In this document: piece after piece, positions 34,890 to 48,177 of the stretch
Position numbering within the stretch: the first letter of the stretch is position 1
Layout of the letters: each line of letters opens with the position of its first letter
Notes under the pieces: model-generated
What the model was told of the DNA's origin: nothing
Database searches by the model: none
The model's input: the letters and a program-made list of their open reading frames with translations, nothing else
Translations under genes and position numbers: made by a program
Assembly: GCF_009914755.1 (NCBI RefSeq)
Contig: NC_060930.1
DNA length: 64,000 bases
Origin: the human T2T-CHM13v2.0 reference genome, Homo sapiens
Direction: 5' to 3' (one strand)

Positions 34890-35780
34890 CTCTAATTTCA
34901 TTTCTTCTTTGGAAAATCTTCAGAGTATTCTGGGTAATTTTCCTTTAGGAACTACTGATTTTCATGGTCATTTTATTGGATTTGAGTGATTTTGCATATA
35001 TGTGGGCAATTTTAAGTGGATATCAGACATTGTGAATCTTATGTTTTTGCATGCTGAAGTTTTTTGCATTACTTAAAATATTTTTGACCTTTGTTCTGAG
35101 ATGCAGTTAAGTTACTTGGAAACAATTGGATCCTTTGAAGCCTGCATGTAGGGTTTTTAGAACAGCGTTTCATCAGGGCATATTTTGGCGCCACTACTGA
35201 GGTAATACCTGTTGGAGGAATACTTGATGCTCGTGTCTTAGGAGGTCTTTCCACTCTGGCTGGGGTAGGGGAGATGTAAATATTTCCAGCCCTGTGAGAT
35301 CTTGGGGAATCGTTCTGCCTCTTCCTTTTGAGTGGTTGTGTCTTGGCTTTTGGGAGTTTCTTCACACACACATGCACTGATCACTACTTAGTTGAAGATT
35401 CTAGTGGAACCCTCTGAGGAGATCCCAGGGAGACCCTCTGATAATCCCAGAGCTCTCTTCTCTCTAGTACACAGCCCCACAAATTCTAGACACTTCGGCT
35501 TCCCCGAAGTTTGCACTCCATCTTCTCAGCTCAGGGAGACGGCCGGGCTCTGTTTGGGAGCCTCGTCCTGAGCTGCGGTCGGGAAGCCCTGTAGGCAGTG
35601 AGCTGTGGCAATTCTTTGGTTAACCTCATATGTTTTCTTTCTTTCTGGGATCACTGTTGGGTGTTGTCTTTTGCCCAGTGTCCCATGTCCATTGTTTCAT
35701 ACATTTTGTCTGTTTTCAAAGTTGTTTAGGGCGTGAGGGTAAATGTCCCAATTACTCTATTATGACCTGAAATGAAACTT
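34890..35780 (-). mobile_element. Old L1M 5'-region remnant
   Basis: GACATTGTGAAT, GATGCAGTTAAGTTACTTGGAAACA, CTCAGCTCAGGGAGAC motifs typical of L1M 5' regions. Confidence 0.6.
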
Positions 35781-35821
35781 ACCCAAGTGGGAAATTTTGC
35801 ATTAGGAGTTTTTATTGAAAA

Positions 35822-36075
35822 AGTATAGTGTTGTGGTCAAGAATATCAGATCTTTTATCAAGCTATCTGTATTCAAATCTTGATTCTTTCCCAGTGGCTT
35901 GGCCAAATTATATAACCTCTCTCTGCCTTACTACCATTACTAAAAACATTACCATTGCTAAAAACATTTTCCATTTCTCATCATTGACATTACTTTTAGA
36001 GATGTGACACATTTATTATCTCATTTTTTCATCTGAAAATAGATCTATTTTATCTGAAAATGAGATAATAAATAT
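35822..36075 (+). mobile_element. MIR interrupted by a foldback insertion
   Basis: GTATAGTGTTGTGGTCAAGA...AACCTCTCTCTGCCT, resuming at ATCTGAAAATGAGATAATA after a ~120-bp insert. Confidence 0.65.
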
Positions 36076-36238
36076 ATCGCATCCCTAAAAGTAATGGCAA
36101 TGACAACAAAAAATGGAAAATGTTTTTAGTAATGGTAGTGTAGTTGGAACAAGCATGTAAACTTCCCAGATCTTTGAAAGATAACAATCATTTAGATATT
36201 TAAATTTTGAAACATTTGTTAATAAATCATTTATATTA

Positions 36239-36461
36239 CAAGTTGAGTATTCCTTATCCAAAATGATTGGGATCAGAAATTGTTTTGATTTTGGATTTTA
36301 TAATATTTGCATTATTTATTGGTTGAGCATCCCTAATCCAAAAACCCCAAATCTGAGATGCTCCAATGAGCATTTCCTTTGAGAGTCATATTAGTGCTCA
36401 AAAATTTTGGATTTCAGAGAATTTTGGATATTGGATTTTCAGATTATGGATGCTCAGCCTG
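36239..36461. mobile_element. Tigger4a/MER46 MITE
   Basis: TIRs CAAGTTGAGTATTCC and GGATGCTCAGCCTG, flanked by TA. Confidence 0.85.
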
Positions 36462-36669
36462 TATTTCCTATGTCAAATCTTGGATACTTGTTGAGAAAAT
36501 AAAATTTTACTTTAAAGGACAGTCTATTTTCTCACCGAGGGTCACAAAACCCATCATTTTGAATTTTAGTAACTGGATAAAGAAGAATAATTCTTTGCTT
36601 TCAAAAACTTTCAGTGAGACAACCAACTATTATCGAACCTGCTGCATTGGGTTATAATGTATGTAAACA

Positions 36670-37120
36670 TGGGAATGATAATATTTCATTTTTGCCATGT
36701 AATAACCTCACAATCTCAATAATAAATCTTTGTATCCATGATCATGGGTCTGCCGTTTGGATGAGGATTGGTTGATCTAGGTTTGGCTTGGCTGGGCCAA
36801 GCTGGACTTCAAGTTCAGGTGTGTTACCTGTGTTTTCTTTCTGAGGTCCAGGTGGAAGGGGCAGCAACAACTTGGGGTTTGCCCTCATCATGATGGATCC
36901 CAGGATGGCAAGAGAGCAAACCAAACCAGGTAAACAGATTTAAAGCCTCTGCTCTTGTCTGCCTGCATTCATTGGCTTAAAAAAGTCACATGGTTAAACC
37001 CATTGTTGATGGATTGTGGAAGAATAGGCTGCCCACAGTAGGAGGCACGTGGCAAAGAAAGTAGAGGTATAATCTACTGGAGGTAGTAAAAATTGGAGAA
37101 TAGTAATTCATTGTAACAGG
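36670..37120 (-). mobile_element. Old MLT1 (J/K-type) LTR
   Basis: GGCAAGAGAGCAAACCAAAC...CATTGGC...AAGTCACATGG. Confidence 0.6.
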
Positions 37121-37177
37121 AATTTTTAGAAAAATATTTTAGAAAAATATTTATTTCAAGATGGTATGCTTGATTAG

Positions 37178-37527
<350 letters not shown>

Positions 37528-37589
37528 ATTTAGTGTCTAATTTAATCTGGAAAGTACAAAGTATGGATTTTCAAGTGTTGAATGTGGCT

Positions 37590-38005
37590 GAAACAATGCT
37601 ATGTTGTTCATCAAACCTATTTCTTTTTCCTTTTGGGCATTTAGATAAACTGCATTTTCAGCCTTCCCTGTAGGTAAGTGGGACTGTGGAACTGAGTTCT
37701 GGCAAATGGAATGTGAGCAGGAGTGATGTACACTCCTTGTAGGCCTGCTTGGCTCCTATACATTTCATGAGATCCTCCACATTTCCCTCTTCCCTTGTCT
37801 TCTAGTTAGACGCTGAGGATCTAGGGGATGACTTTAAGATGCTAGAAGAAAGTGCTGAAACCACCAGAGGGAAGCAGCCCGAGTCCCTGAATCACCACAT
37901 GGCAGGTTTCCTGTTGGACAACAGTGTGAACTGTGACATAAGAAAGAAATCAATTGTCTAAGCCATTGAGATTTGGGGATTGTTTGTTACCGGGCTTAGT
38001 CTACA
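37590..38005 (+). mobile_element. Old MLT1 (I/J-type) LTR
   Basis: GAGTTCTGGCAAATGGAATGTGAGC...AAGCCATTGAGATTTGGGGATTGTTTGTTAC. Confidence 0.7.
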
Positions 38006-38766
38006 CAATTTAAAGATCATGAGGTGTTGAGCTGAATCAGAAAGTTTCATAAATCCTTTAGGCTATGGATAGGGACAGGGTCTTAATTATCCTTTTATTT
38101 TTTATACTTAGCATGCATTATATTTAAGAAATTTATTGCATTTTGCCTCATCAAGGAAACCCTTAAAACCAACTAATTTCATGGAGAAAGTGTCCTTTCT
38201 GCATCTCTTGAAACTTCACAGAGTGTAGAAATGGCTGCACCATATTTCTCCCAGATAATGACCATAAATCTGAAAAAGTCTCAATCCAGCTTTAGCCTTT
38301 CCCTACCTTTTGGTCACAGGAATCATACTTTCAGAATCAGAAAGAGAACTTGTCCATGGGAATGACAGAATATTTGGAATCTGGATTGCCTTGAAGAATC
38401 ACCATATGTTTAGCAAGGTCTTTAGTTTAGCTTCATACCTCCAGTAGATTTTAGGGATCATTGCCATGGCAGTCTTTCAATTTCTCTTGGGACAGTTGAT
38501 AAAATGAGCCAATGTCTACAGATTCATTATTGGTCATTAAAAACAAATATTTTTAATTCCAAGAATAGGGTAACTTCATCAACTCATGCAAAACTTTACC
38601 AGGACTGGCTGTAGGTAAAATTATAAGATGGACTTAATTTGTCTTTGGTATCCTTCTACATTCCCTTTAAGCATCTTTCTCCCTTTCCTAACAATCCTAA
38701 GAAGCAGGCTATTCATGCTTATATACCAAACAATTAGATTATAACTCATAGAGACTCTTCAGGCAT

Positions 38767-39079
38767 TGTTTTTTTTTTAGAGTTGGGGTCTCGCTCTGTC
38801 GCCCATGCTGGAGTGCAATGACACAACCATAACTCACTGTAGCCTTGAACTTCTGGGCTCAAGAGAGATTCCCATCTCAGCCTCTCAAGTAGCTAGGATT
38901 ACAGGCATGCACCACTACACCTGGCTAATTTTTAAAAAATTATTATTATTATTATTTTTTGTAGAGACGGGGTCTCCCTGTGTTGTATAGGCTGGCCTTG
39001 AACTCCTGGTCTCAAGTGATTCTCCCTCCTCAGACTCCCAAAGAGTTGGAATCACAGGTGTGAACCACCATGCCCAGCC
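38767..39079 (-). mobile_element. AluJ
   Basis: CATAACTCACTGTAGCCTTGAACTTCTGGGCTCAAG. Confidence 0.9.
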
Positions 39080-39607
39080 TAAATTATCTTTATATCTTGC
39101 TAAATTATTTATTTAACAAACTCTGTTAATGTTTAAACTATAATAAATTTCCTTATCAGTTTTAATATTTGAAAGCTCTTAATAGTTCTAAAATTAACAG
39201 CCTACTCAATTATCATTAATTATTTCAGGAGTTTTCCAGTAATAAATATACACTTGGAAGTCAACTCCCTGATATAATTTTGACATATAAAGCACATAAA
39301 GAGATTTTTACTTTAATCTCTAGAAGACTTATCTATACTTGAAAGTAAATATATAGACAATAATTATAAATCAGAATGGCGTGACTTGCAGCAATTACTG
39401 ATGTTGTCATGCTGACTAGACATATTGACCTATGTCATCTTATGATCATTCACCAGGCACAAATTCAGGGTTAACTGAAATGATGCTCAAGTGGCCATTT
39501 GGCTTTTTAAACTTCCAAAATCTGAAGCCAAGACTGAAGCCAAGAATTAGATTTTTGACCAACTATCAAGGATGATCAATGCATCTTCACAGATTACAAA
39601 TCATCTA

Positions 39608-40194
39608 CAGTAAATCTTTACTTAATGTCATTCATAGGTTGTTGAAAACTGGGACTTTCAGCGAAACAACTTATAATGAAACCAATTTTGCCATAGGCTA
39701 AATTAATGAAAACAAGAGTTACATTCCTATGGCCTATTTATGGTCACAGAAATATCACCAAACTTCTAAATAATGACTAAAACACTTCTAATATTAAACA
39801 TTGAAATAAATGTGAGCTAAAAGAGTAACAAAAACAAGATAATTATTTACCCGCTTATTCCAGTCAGAGTCGCGGGTGGCCCAAGCCTATTTCAGCAGCA
39901 TAAATGCAAGGGGGAAACTTGCCCTGGAGAGGGCGCTCTCCCATGGCGGGGTGCACTCACACACATGCCACACTCGTTCAGACTGGGACCGTGGAGACAC
40001 ACCAATGAGCCGCAGGTATAGATCTTTGGAATGTGGGAGGGAACCGGAGTACTTGGAGGTAAGCCCATGAAGACATGGGGAAAATGTGTAAACTCCACAC
40101 AGACATTGGCCTGGCCAGGAATTGATTTTTCTTGTTCCATCAGCGTTAGAATGAAATGATGTTAAACCAAATAATCTTATTCAAAGACCTACTG
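39608..40194. mobile_element. MER82-like TcMar-Tigger DNA transposon
   Basis: TA|CAGTAAATC...AAACTTCTAAATAA...AAACACTTCTAATATTAAACATTGAAATAAATGTGAGCTA...GACCTACTG|TA. Confidence 0.8.
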
Positions 40195-40273
40195 TATCTG
40201 AATCAGGTAGTTCAGCATGAAATACTGATCATGCCTTTGTTGAGTCAGCCAGAAATAATTTCCATTTTCTCAG

Positions 40274-40358
40274 GGATAAAGAGGTAGAACAATCTGTTCC
40301 CTACAGAAAACTCTTGGAATAGTTCCTGGGCTAGTATTGCCTGGATTTAAATGCAATG
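40274..40358 (+). pseudogene. Candidate decayed exon D (85 nt)
   Basis: TCCATTTTCTCAG acceptor, ATG|GTAAAG donor; phase 2-to-0 frame DKEVEQSVPYRKLLE*FLG*YCLDLNAM with two TAG stops. Confidence 0.4.
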
Positions 40359-40429
40359 GTAAAGTTTAAAGATTAAGTGCTTTAACTGGGCTCCTTTGAC
40401 TGCTAGGCATAATTAAGTGCAATGATACT

Positions 40430-40545
40430 CTGAAGACTGGGGTGGGAGAATCACTTGAGGCCAGGTGTTTGAGACCGGCCTGAGTAACATAGTGAGACCC
40501 CCCACCCCGCACATCTGTAAAAAAATAAAATAAAAAATAAGTAAA
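40430..40545 (+). mobile_element. 5'-truncated FLAM/Alu left monomer
   Basis: GAGAATCACTTGAGGCCAGG...AACATAGTGAGACCC plus A tail; TSD AATTAAGTGCAA. Confidence 0.8.
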
Positions 40546-41679
40546 CAATTAAGTGCAAAAAGATTTTTAAGAGCTGGTATTATCCCTTCCACAACCTGAA
40601 GTTTAAAATAATTTTTAGTCTGAAAACTTAACATGGCTTTAAGATCCAAATTACCACAGTTAGATACATTAGTCTCCTTGTTATTCAGAAAATTGCCTTT
40701 AAGGACACAAATATTTATCTCAGTAAAGACTCACTATTATGAAATCTTAAAATTATTTATTAAAATGTGATTGATCTAGTAACATTCTTCTGTTATCATT
40801 ACAACCAGCATGTGGGCATAAGTGACAAAAGGAGCAATGACAAAAGTAATTGATTTTATTTTGCTTTTCTAACCACAGTATTTAGACAGTGCTATAGTTA
40901 TTATGCATAATAAAAATAAGTTAAAAAATAAATTGACCATGTGACAGGTTTTTGGTAGGTCTTTAACAAATGTCAAGTTGATAAATCTGACTGGGATGAG
41001 AGTGTCAAATGGTCTTTGAAACTGCTTTTCGTTTTATAAAGGCCTGGCCCACAGAATAGCAATTCCCACTTACTAGCTGGTAACAAAATTGGTATATTTA
41101 AGGGCAAAGTCTGGATTAAAACCTATGGAAAAAATTGTGATTGAAGTTACTTAGTCATGAAATAGAGTTGTTAAAGGGGATTGTACATATTTTTAAACTT
41201 TGCTTTAGTGAGATCATAAATGCATAAAATAAAACAACTATGGCCTTATTCCTCAAATCATTTTGGCTTGAATAGCTGCCTTGAATAAAAATAGTAAAAG
41301 AGTGTTATATTTATAGAACTCTATTTTTATCTATGAATATAGATGAAACTGGAAAAAATCCCCTAATGTCCAACAGTCAGGTGTGGCATATAAGGTCAGC
41401 TGTTCACCAAGTTAGCCTCCTTATTGGTATTATATAATTGACTCTGGTGGTCCATACAAGGACTAATGTACCCACTTTCTCTTGCATCAGAATATTTTCA
41501 TGTGACTGATTTCTTGGTAATGGCATAGAGTGGAACTGATGGGTGTTAACTTCTTAGAGAAGGCCGATGAAGTTGGTGTGACTTCTCCAAACTCTCTTTC
41601 TCTCCTATTGGCTGGGTGCATAGGGCTTCTTGGCCTGGTCAATAGGGACTGTTGCATTGTAAATGGGAGAGTGCATGAT

Positions 41680-41855
41680 CTTGCTAAGGACCAGCTGCTA
41701 CTTACTTGAGCCCATTGTTGCCATGTGAGTTTGTGGGACCAGTGGAGCAGATTTTGGCATTATTCAAGAGAAGCTGAAAGTGCAGATTTTTATTTGAAAT
41801 TCTCCTATTTACATGCCAAACAAAACAGTCAGTGGGCCATCAGCTTGCAATCTCT
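41680..41855 (+). mobile_element. MER103-like hAT remnant
   Basis: TTCAAGAGAAGCTGAAA...GATTTTTATTTGAAAT...CAAACAAAACA. Confidence 0.6.
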
Positions 41856-42039
41856 TATTGAATAACTTGAGCCCTGTGTAGATTAATTGTAATCATACAT
41901 TACATGCTATAAAGGTATTATAAAGTGATTTCACACACGTTTCTTTAAGCTGTAAGAAAGCTTAATTTGGTAAATCTTACTATCTTCATTTTTAAAGATA
42001 AGAGAAACAAGGTTCAGAAACTTGTACTCCTAGGACTTC

Positions 42040-42485
42040 ATCAGAGCCGTATGCTGCAGTTCTATCTTTACCTCCATTTCTATCTCTTCATGCCGCCTAT
42101 GCTCAGCTAAACTACCCATGTTCCCTTGAACTTGTCAGTATGTTCTTGCTACACTGCTCTTGCTATGGAACCCCCTTCTTTGAATCCCTTCCTCTGTACA
42201 GATTTCCCTACTTTATTATTTATTCTCTACTTTCTACCCATGCTTCAGGACTAAACTTAAACATCTCTTCCACATGAATTTCTCAGCTAGCTTTGTGCTT
42301 CCTTCTCTGTTGGTAGTTCATAGATCGTATGTTGCTGGAATTGTAGCTGCATACATGTGTCTTCCTAATTAGATTATAAACCTTTGAGATCAGGGAGCAA
42401 GTCTTATTTCTCTTTACAATATCCTGTGACATCCTCATAAATCCCTGAACAACATGGGCATCCAAGAATATTCATTGAATCAAAA
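42040..42485 (+). mobile_element. L2 3' fragment (preceded by a MIR remnant at ~41900-42030)
   Basis: TAGATTATAAACCTTTGAGATCAGGGA...AATATTCATTGAAT L2 3' end. Confidence 0.6.
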
Positions 42486-42787
42486 TTTCCACCTATTCTC
42501 AATAGCACAACAAGATTATACATTTATTGTACAGTCCATGATGTGAGTAAAGCCTTAAGTTAGACTTAAACCCTCTGAATCAGCATAATAGGGAAACATA
42601 TTCTCATCTACAGAAAGGGTAAAGGTTCATCCTTTGAGCTGGAGGACAGCTGCAGTTGAGTCTCAGATCTAGTGTAAATCAGCAACGAATGATGGCTAGA
42701 TCACATCTCTTTCACGAATAGCTGGCTAGTGATTACCATTAACAAACTTTGCTATGGCTTAGTTTCTTCCTTCAAATGTAAATCAAG

Positions 42788-42893
42788 ATTTTCAAAGAGT
42801 TTCTTAAACAATTTCTTAAGGAGTATACCTTAATGTTGCAAAGAGGCCTCAGCCAATGGAGCATTTTATTTAAGCTCTTGAAAAGATAAAGAG
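42788..42893 (+). pseudogene. Candidate decayed exon E (106 nt)
   Basis: AAG acceptor after a pyrimidine tract, GAG|GTAAAA donor; starts in phase 0 as IFKEFLKQFLKEY; a shifted frame continues LNVAKRPQPMEHFI*ALEKIK. Confidence 0.35.
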
Positions 42894-44850
42894 GTAAAAT
42901 GCAGTTAGACATTTTCATGCCACTAGTGAATCAGAAAAAAGAAGTCACTGTCCCTCTAACAGTGAGATGAAAGCAGGTTCATCTATTAACTGGGGCTAAA
43001 GTACGGTGCAGTATTCATTCCCATCAATTCTCATTGAGAATGAGCACAGAGAATGTTCAGAGTTTCATTTCCTAGTTATTGCTTTCTTCTTATTTTCAAA
43101 CTGCTTCTATTCATTTCTGTATGGCTAGATATGAGACTCTTTAGGCATGCTAATTTACTATTTTTCCCCAATCTATTTGATGTCTGCAAAGAACTGTAGA
43201 TGTATTTTGTATTATGTTATTAACTTGAACTAGTCAGGAGTTAATGAAGAAGGCTATAAAAAAGCCAGTGTTTTTGTTTTGAACCAATTCATGTTAATTT
43301 ATATGCTTCTGACCAGGTTAAAAGCCCTTAGCACATGTATCATTAAAATAAAAATTCATGAACCCCGTACAACCTGGACAGAGGGCTGAATTGAGAGGAG
43401 AGGTGGTGGGAAAGTTGCAGATGTTTATTATAATCAATTTAATATTCTGAGTTGTGAGATAATTTCTTAACAAGTCAATTATTATAGATTAGATTATAAA
43501 GATTTATCCTTTGATCCTCAGCTGTCTTCTGCCTTAGACTGTGTTCAGCATCTCAGCGGGAATCAGGGAATTCTTGGTAGAACGAAACAAACGTCTCTCC
43601 AGCTATCAGCTTCATTAGCAGCACAAGCTGGCTTTGAAAATAGCTTCCAAGCATAAAGAAAGCCTACTTTCAGGGTTTAACATAAGGTAAATATATCTAA
43701 TATAGTCTAATGTGGAAATTTACAGGAGCCAGACTGGATAAATTAGTAGGAAACCTAATAATTTTGAATCAATGTACATTCATTAAAAAGTAGTAAATAA
43801 AGAAAACAGTCTATTGCATTTAACTAAAGGTTTGACTATAATCAGTTTTTAAAAATAACTATTTCCCTCTCCAGACTTGTGAGGCTGACAGACTGGGGTT
43901 GGGATCCCCTTCTGTTCCCACCTGCTAAAGGAGTCAGGGCAAATTACTGTTCATGTTTTCATTTCCTTCCATGTAAAATGGTGCTACTAAGACCCAAGCA
44001 GTCTCAGCAGCAGCACTACACTTCACAAATAATAGCTATTAATATTATTATTATGTTGTTACATACAAAATATAAATAAGACATGATAAAAGTAAAAGTA
44101 AATATAATCCCACACATTGGTATAAGCACTAGAGAGATTTTGGTATATTTCCTTCTGACCCTTTTTTCTATATGTATTTGCACAAAAATGAGATTGTATT
44201 GTACATGTTGCTTTTTTCTCACTTAAAATATTAGTAGTATCTTTTGATGCCATTATATACAATAGACAAAGTTTTTTAAAGGAACTTTATTCATTATAAG
44301 TTTTTGTGAGTAGGTTTGGGATAACATGTCAGGGTTTTAGAACTTTCATCCTCTTGGGTAACAAAAAATTCTACCTGTAGGAATAACTAGGTAGGAGCTG
44401 TCACTGATGGCTGCAGCCCAGTCAACAATATCTACGTCTTTTCATCAACAAGTAGTTACAAAAAAATATGGGGTGATAGTGGTCATTCTTGAGAACAAGG
44501 AACATTCTTTTTCTGTACCTTGAAAACTAGTTTTTATAAATAGCCAAATGCCAATGAAAATCTAAAATACTGGGCTTTTCCTAACCTGAGACACAAAATT
44601 ATACTGAAAAGCCTAAGGAGGATGTTAAAGATGAGCACAATGTTGCGCTTTATATCTGATCCAATACCAGGACACCTCTTCTATTTCCAGTAAGGCCAAT
44701 TATCTCATTTTCCTTTATTCCCTTTCCTGTGCTGCTTTTGCAGAGGAGGGTGCACTTGTTTTGGTGAAATAAGACAATTGCATTAGAGACTCTCTCTGTA
44801 AGCAGAGGAAACAATGTTAATCATATGAGACCCTTTTAAAATGTGGACCA

Positions 44851-45400
44851 CACTGGTTTATTGCTACTGTACTTTTAACCCCACTCTTTTATATTCCGCT
44901 TTATGATGCTGGGCTGAATCCCTGCAAACTTTTCTCCTGTGCTAGCCTCTGTTACATACTGGCACAGGGGGCCACTCAAAGAGTCTGAAAGTAGGGACCT
45001 GTTTCTTCCTGTTCCTTTCAGTGTCACCACAGTGATGGTTCTTCATACTGGCCTTGACGGTTGTTCCATTACAGCAGTACTTTCAGAACCAGCCTAAACA
45101 CCTGTCCCCACCCTCTCCTGCCCCGAAATGCCAGCTTTCCCTCCTCAGAGATCTGCATGCCAGCTCCTTGAGGGTCCCTCCTTCAAGCTTCTACATTTTC
45201 TTAATTCCATTCCATTCCCTTTGTTCCCACAGTCCTTGGGGTGGTAGCTACTCATTGTAGTTACTATCTCTGTGATACCTCAGTATGGCCCCCTTTTCAT
45301 TTCCAATTCTCCAATACCTGGCTAACTATTCTTTATGTTAAATTCTCCCAACTAAACTTTCTGGTGTGTTTTTGTCTCCTGATGGCCCTGGCTAATGCAC
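44851..45400. mobile_element. Old ERVL LTR (LTR41/LTR33-like)
   Basis: ATGATGCTGGGCTG...CCTGCAAAC, ATGTTAAATTCTC, TTTTGTCTCCTGA...CCCTGGCTAATGCA end. Confidence 0.55.
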
Positions 45401-47595
45401 GGACCAATACCAGACTGACTTTGCCATTTCTTTCATACTTTTAGAGTATGTGGCTGTTCTGCTTCTCCAGTGCTTCCCATCTAGTGGTAGGTGACTACTG
45501 GTGAGATGCTAGGTTAGCATAACATGTACTTAGAATTTAAAATGGAATTCACTCCCAACAAGATTTCAGCAATTTGTATTTCTGTGAATTGTATTGTATA
45601 TGAATATATAATAATACAATATCCATGAATGTAAATGCCTTAGAAATAGCAGACTTTTGTTTCATATTTAGTGAAACTCCATATAAATATACAAATGTTG
45701 CTTTCCAAAGGACATGAAATCCATGTTTTATTTATGTATTTATAAAAAATTTAAAGAGCCTCTTGCCCAATTTTATATAGAAAACAACAAACAAGCCATC
45801 TTCAAACAAACAGTTATGTTTCCTCATGGGATTTAAAATAGAACATCTTGTCCAATAGGCTTCTTCAACCTAAAGTTATCTAAAAATGCTAAATAAGCTT
45901 CTTCAAAAAATAAGCTTATTTCACTTAGGAAATGGCTCTCCTTGAGTACAGAATTGTTGGACAAGAAAAAAGCTTCTAATTACTTCTGAAAGAATCTCTG
46001 AAGAGCTAAGATCAATGAATTGGATGAGAATTCTATCTGCCACGTGTCTTCTATTTTTCACAGGAAAAATGAAAGTAGTTTTTTTCCCTCTTTTTCCCAA
46101 GCACTCTCGATCTCTGAGTCCTTCCCTCCCTCTCTTCCCCAATCCCTTGTTTCTACAGCAGGTTCTATATTTAGAAAGAATCCATGGACTAAGGACAAAG
46201 CAAGTTTGACTTTCATTTCTACCAGTTCTGTTGGTAAATGTGGGTTATGGCTGCAGCAGCCTTAAATGACTCCTGTGCCTCTCTACCCATCTTCTCTAGG
46301 AATTTCTGAAGTGTGCTCTCTTTCAGGTGCTTGGTAAACTGGGTTTGTTGTTTCCTGACAGCTGGGTTGGAGTGGGGGCTGTTACGGATTGTCAGATAAC
46401 ACGGATGGACAATGGTGCTAGAATGGACACCGCAGAGAGAGGATGGGAGGTATGGGGTTAGGAAGGGAAGGCTGAGAGGCAAGGGGCAAAAGCAGGCTTG
46501 CCCCTTGTCTTTTGATCACTTCAAACCATTCTTTCTTCCTGGTAGAGCTATGGATAGTGACAGTGTATGCCCAGCTTGAGGGAAATGTGTGTAATTCAGA
46601 GGCACACCCAACTCCAAAGGGACACACTACTGTTTACAGAGAGTCAAGGCTTTCAGATGAGTTGTGCTTTTTCCAAGGTTCCAAGACATCAATAAAAAAA
46701 AAAATGTGCCTTTGTGCTGTTTTCATACTAGCTTAGGCATGTTATTTTCCTCTCTAAAATGAGGTTGTTAGCACTGAATGGATCCCAAGATTGTGGTCTT
46801 TATTTAGTGAAAGGTCATGGACCAAAACCTAGATTGTTTCTACCATTTTGTTTCAATTTATATGTTCTGATAGTTTTCTTTTTATTCTGATTCAAGGTTT
46901 AGCTTTTTTTTTTTTTTTTTCAACGATCATATTCTCACGACTGCTCTTTTAGGGTTTTATTGGTGCTGATGATGCCTGAATTTGTCTCTGGTTCTGAACT
47001 CTTTCCTGGGCATAACTCTTTAACTCCTTTGATGACCTGAACATGTTTGCTTGCACATCCCAGCACTGCTTTCAACTGAGCACATGTAGCATAGCTCTTC
47101 AGTAAGAACGGTCTCTCCCTAAAGTCCATGTTTCTGCAAACAGCACCACAATCACCAAGGTCAGGCTTACCTTTCTCTTCACTCCCATGTTCAACTGGTC
47201 ACTCAGTCCTTGTACATCTGCCTTGATTGTTTCCAGGTTGTTTTTCTCTGTTCTCCCCAGGGCTCGCTCATTACCTGGATTGTCCTAATGCCTTCTTACC
47301 TGGTCTTTCTATTTCTGGTCTCTTTCTTCAAATAGTTCTGCTTTTTATTTCAAATCAATCTGCTAAAACATCACTTTCATTGTTTCTTGCCTCAATTTAA
47401 AAAATGCCACTTCCCCCATTTTTCTGCAAGACCCCTCATCTAGATTTTAAGTTCCTTCACAGGCCATCAAATTTTTCAAATTTACTTCTAACCACTCACT
47501 CCTCAATATAAAGGCTCTATCCATTTAGAAGAATAGAACCAAGCTAAAAAGCTGGGGGAAAGTTCAGATGTGATTGAGAGTTTGATGACAGATTT

Positions 47596-47601
47596 TGTGT
47601 G

Positions 47602-47648
<47 letters not shown>
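47596..47648. repeat. (TG)n microsatellite, about 26 units with one CG interruption
   Basis: Directly visible. Confidence 0.97.
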
Positions 47649-47650
<2 letters not shown>

Positions 47651-48177
47651 TCATTCCCTTTGGGTGTTCCTAAATCTCCTGAAGCTTTTATTGAGAAGCC
47701 CATTCTAGGATGTTTTACATTTGAGTCCCTGAACATGACTTGTTCATATTATCTTCTTCCCTCCCCTCTGAGATTATTTCTGTTAATTGTATCACCAACC
47801 TCATCATCCAGCTAGAAATCAAGCCATCCTCTTTAACTTGTCTGTGTCTCTTACCTGTCACCTCAACCACTTGTTGCATCCTGGTTTATTCTATTGTGCA
47901 ACATCTCTCACATACGTTGCCTCCTGTCTGTTCATTTGTGCTGTCTTTCACAACCTTCCATTTTTCTACTATAAGCTTTTGCAGCTAGATTTCTAGCTCA
48001 TCCTGTATCTATAGATAAATTTGTTCCCCACTCTTGCTTTCTGTACCATATGCTGTTTTCAGATTTATTTTCATAAAACTTCTACTCAGACCCCATTGCT
48101 TGCTCTTCAGGGAATTCTCACTGCCTGAAGAATAAAATCCAAACTTCTGGGATTAAAGTTCTTCCACAGCCCGAGCC

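Noticed and set aside
38255-38450. Two AG acceptors followed by short open frames
   Set aside because: No convincing donor.
43522-43687. Possible exon ending AAG|GTAAAT
   Set aside because: Acceptor is ambiguous, the frames checked contain stops, and no clean phase match to the chain.
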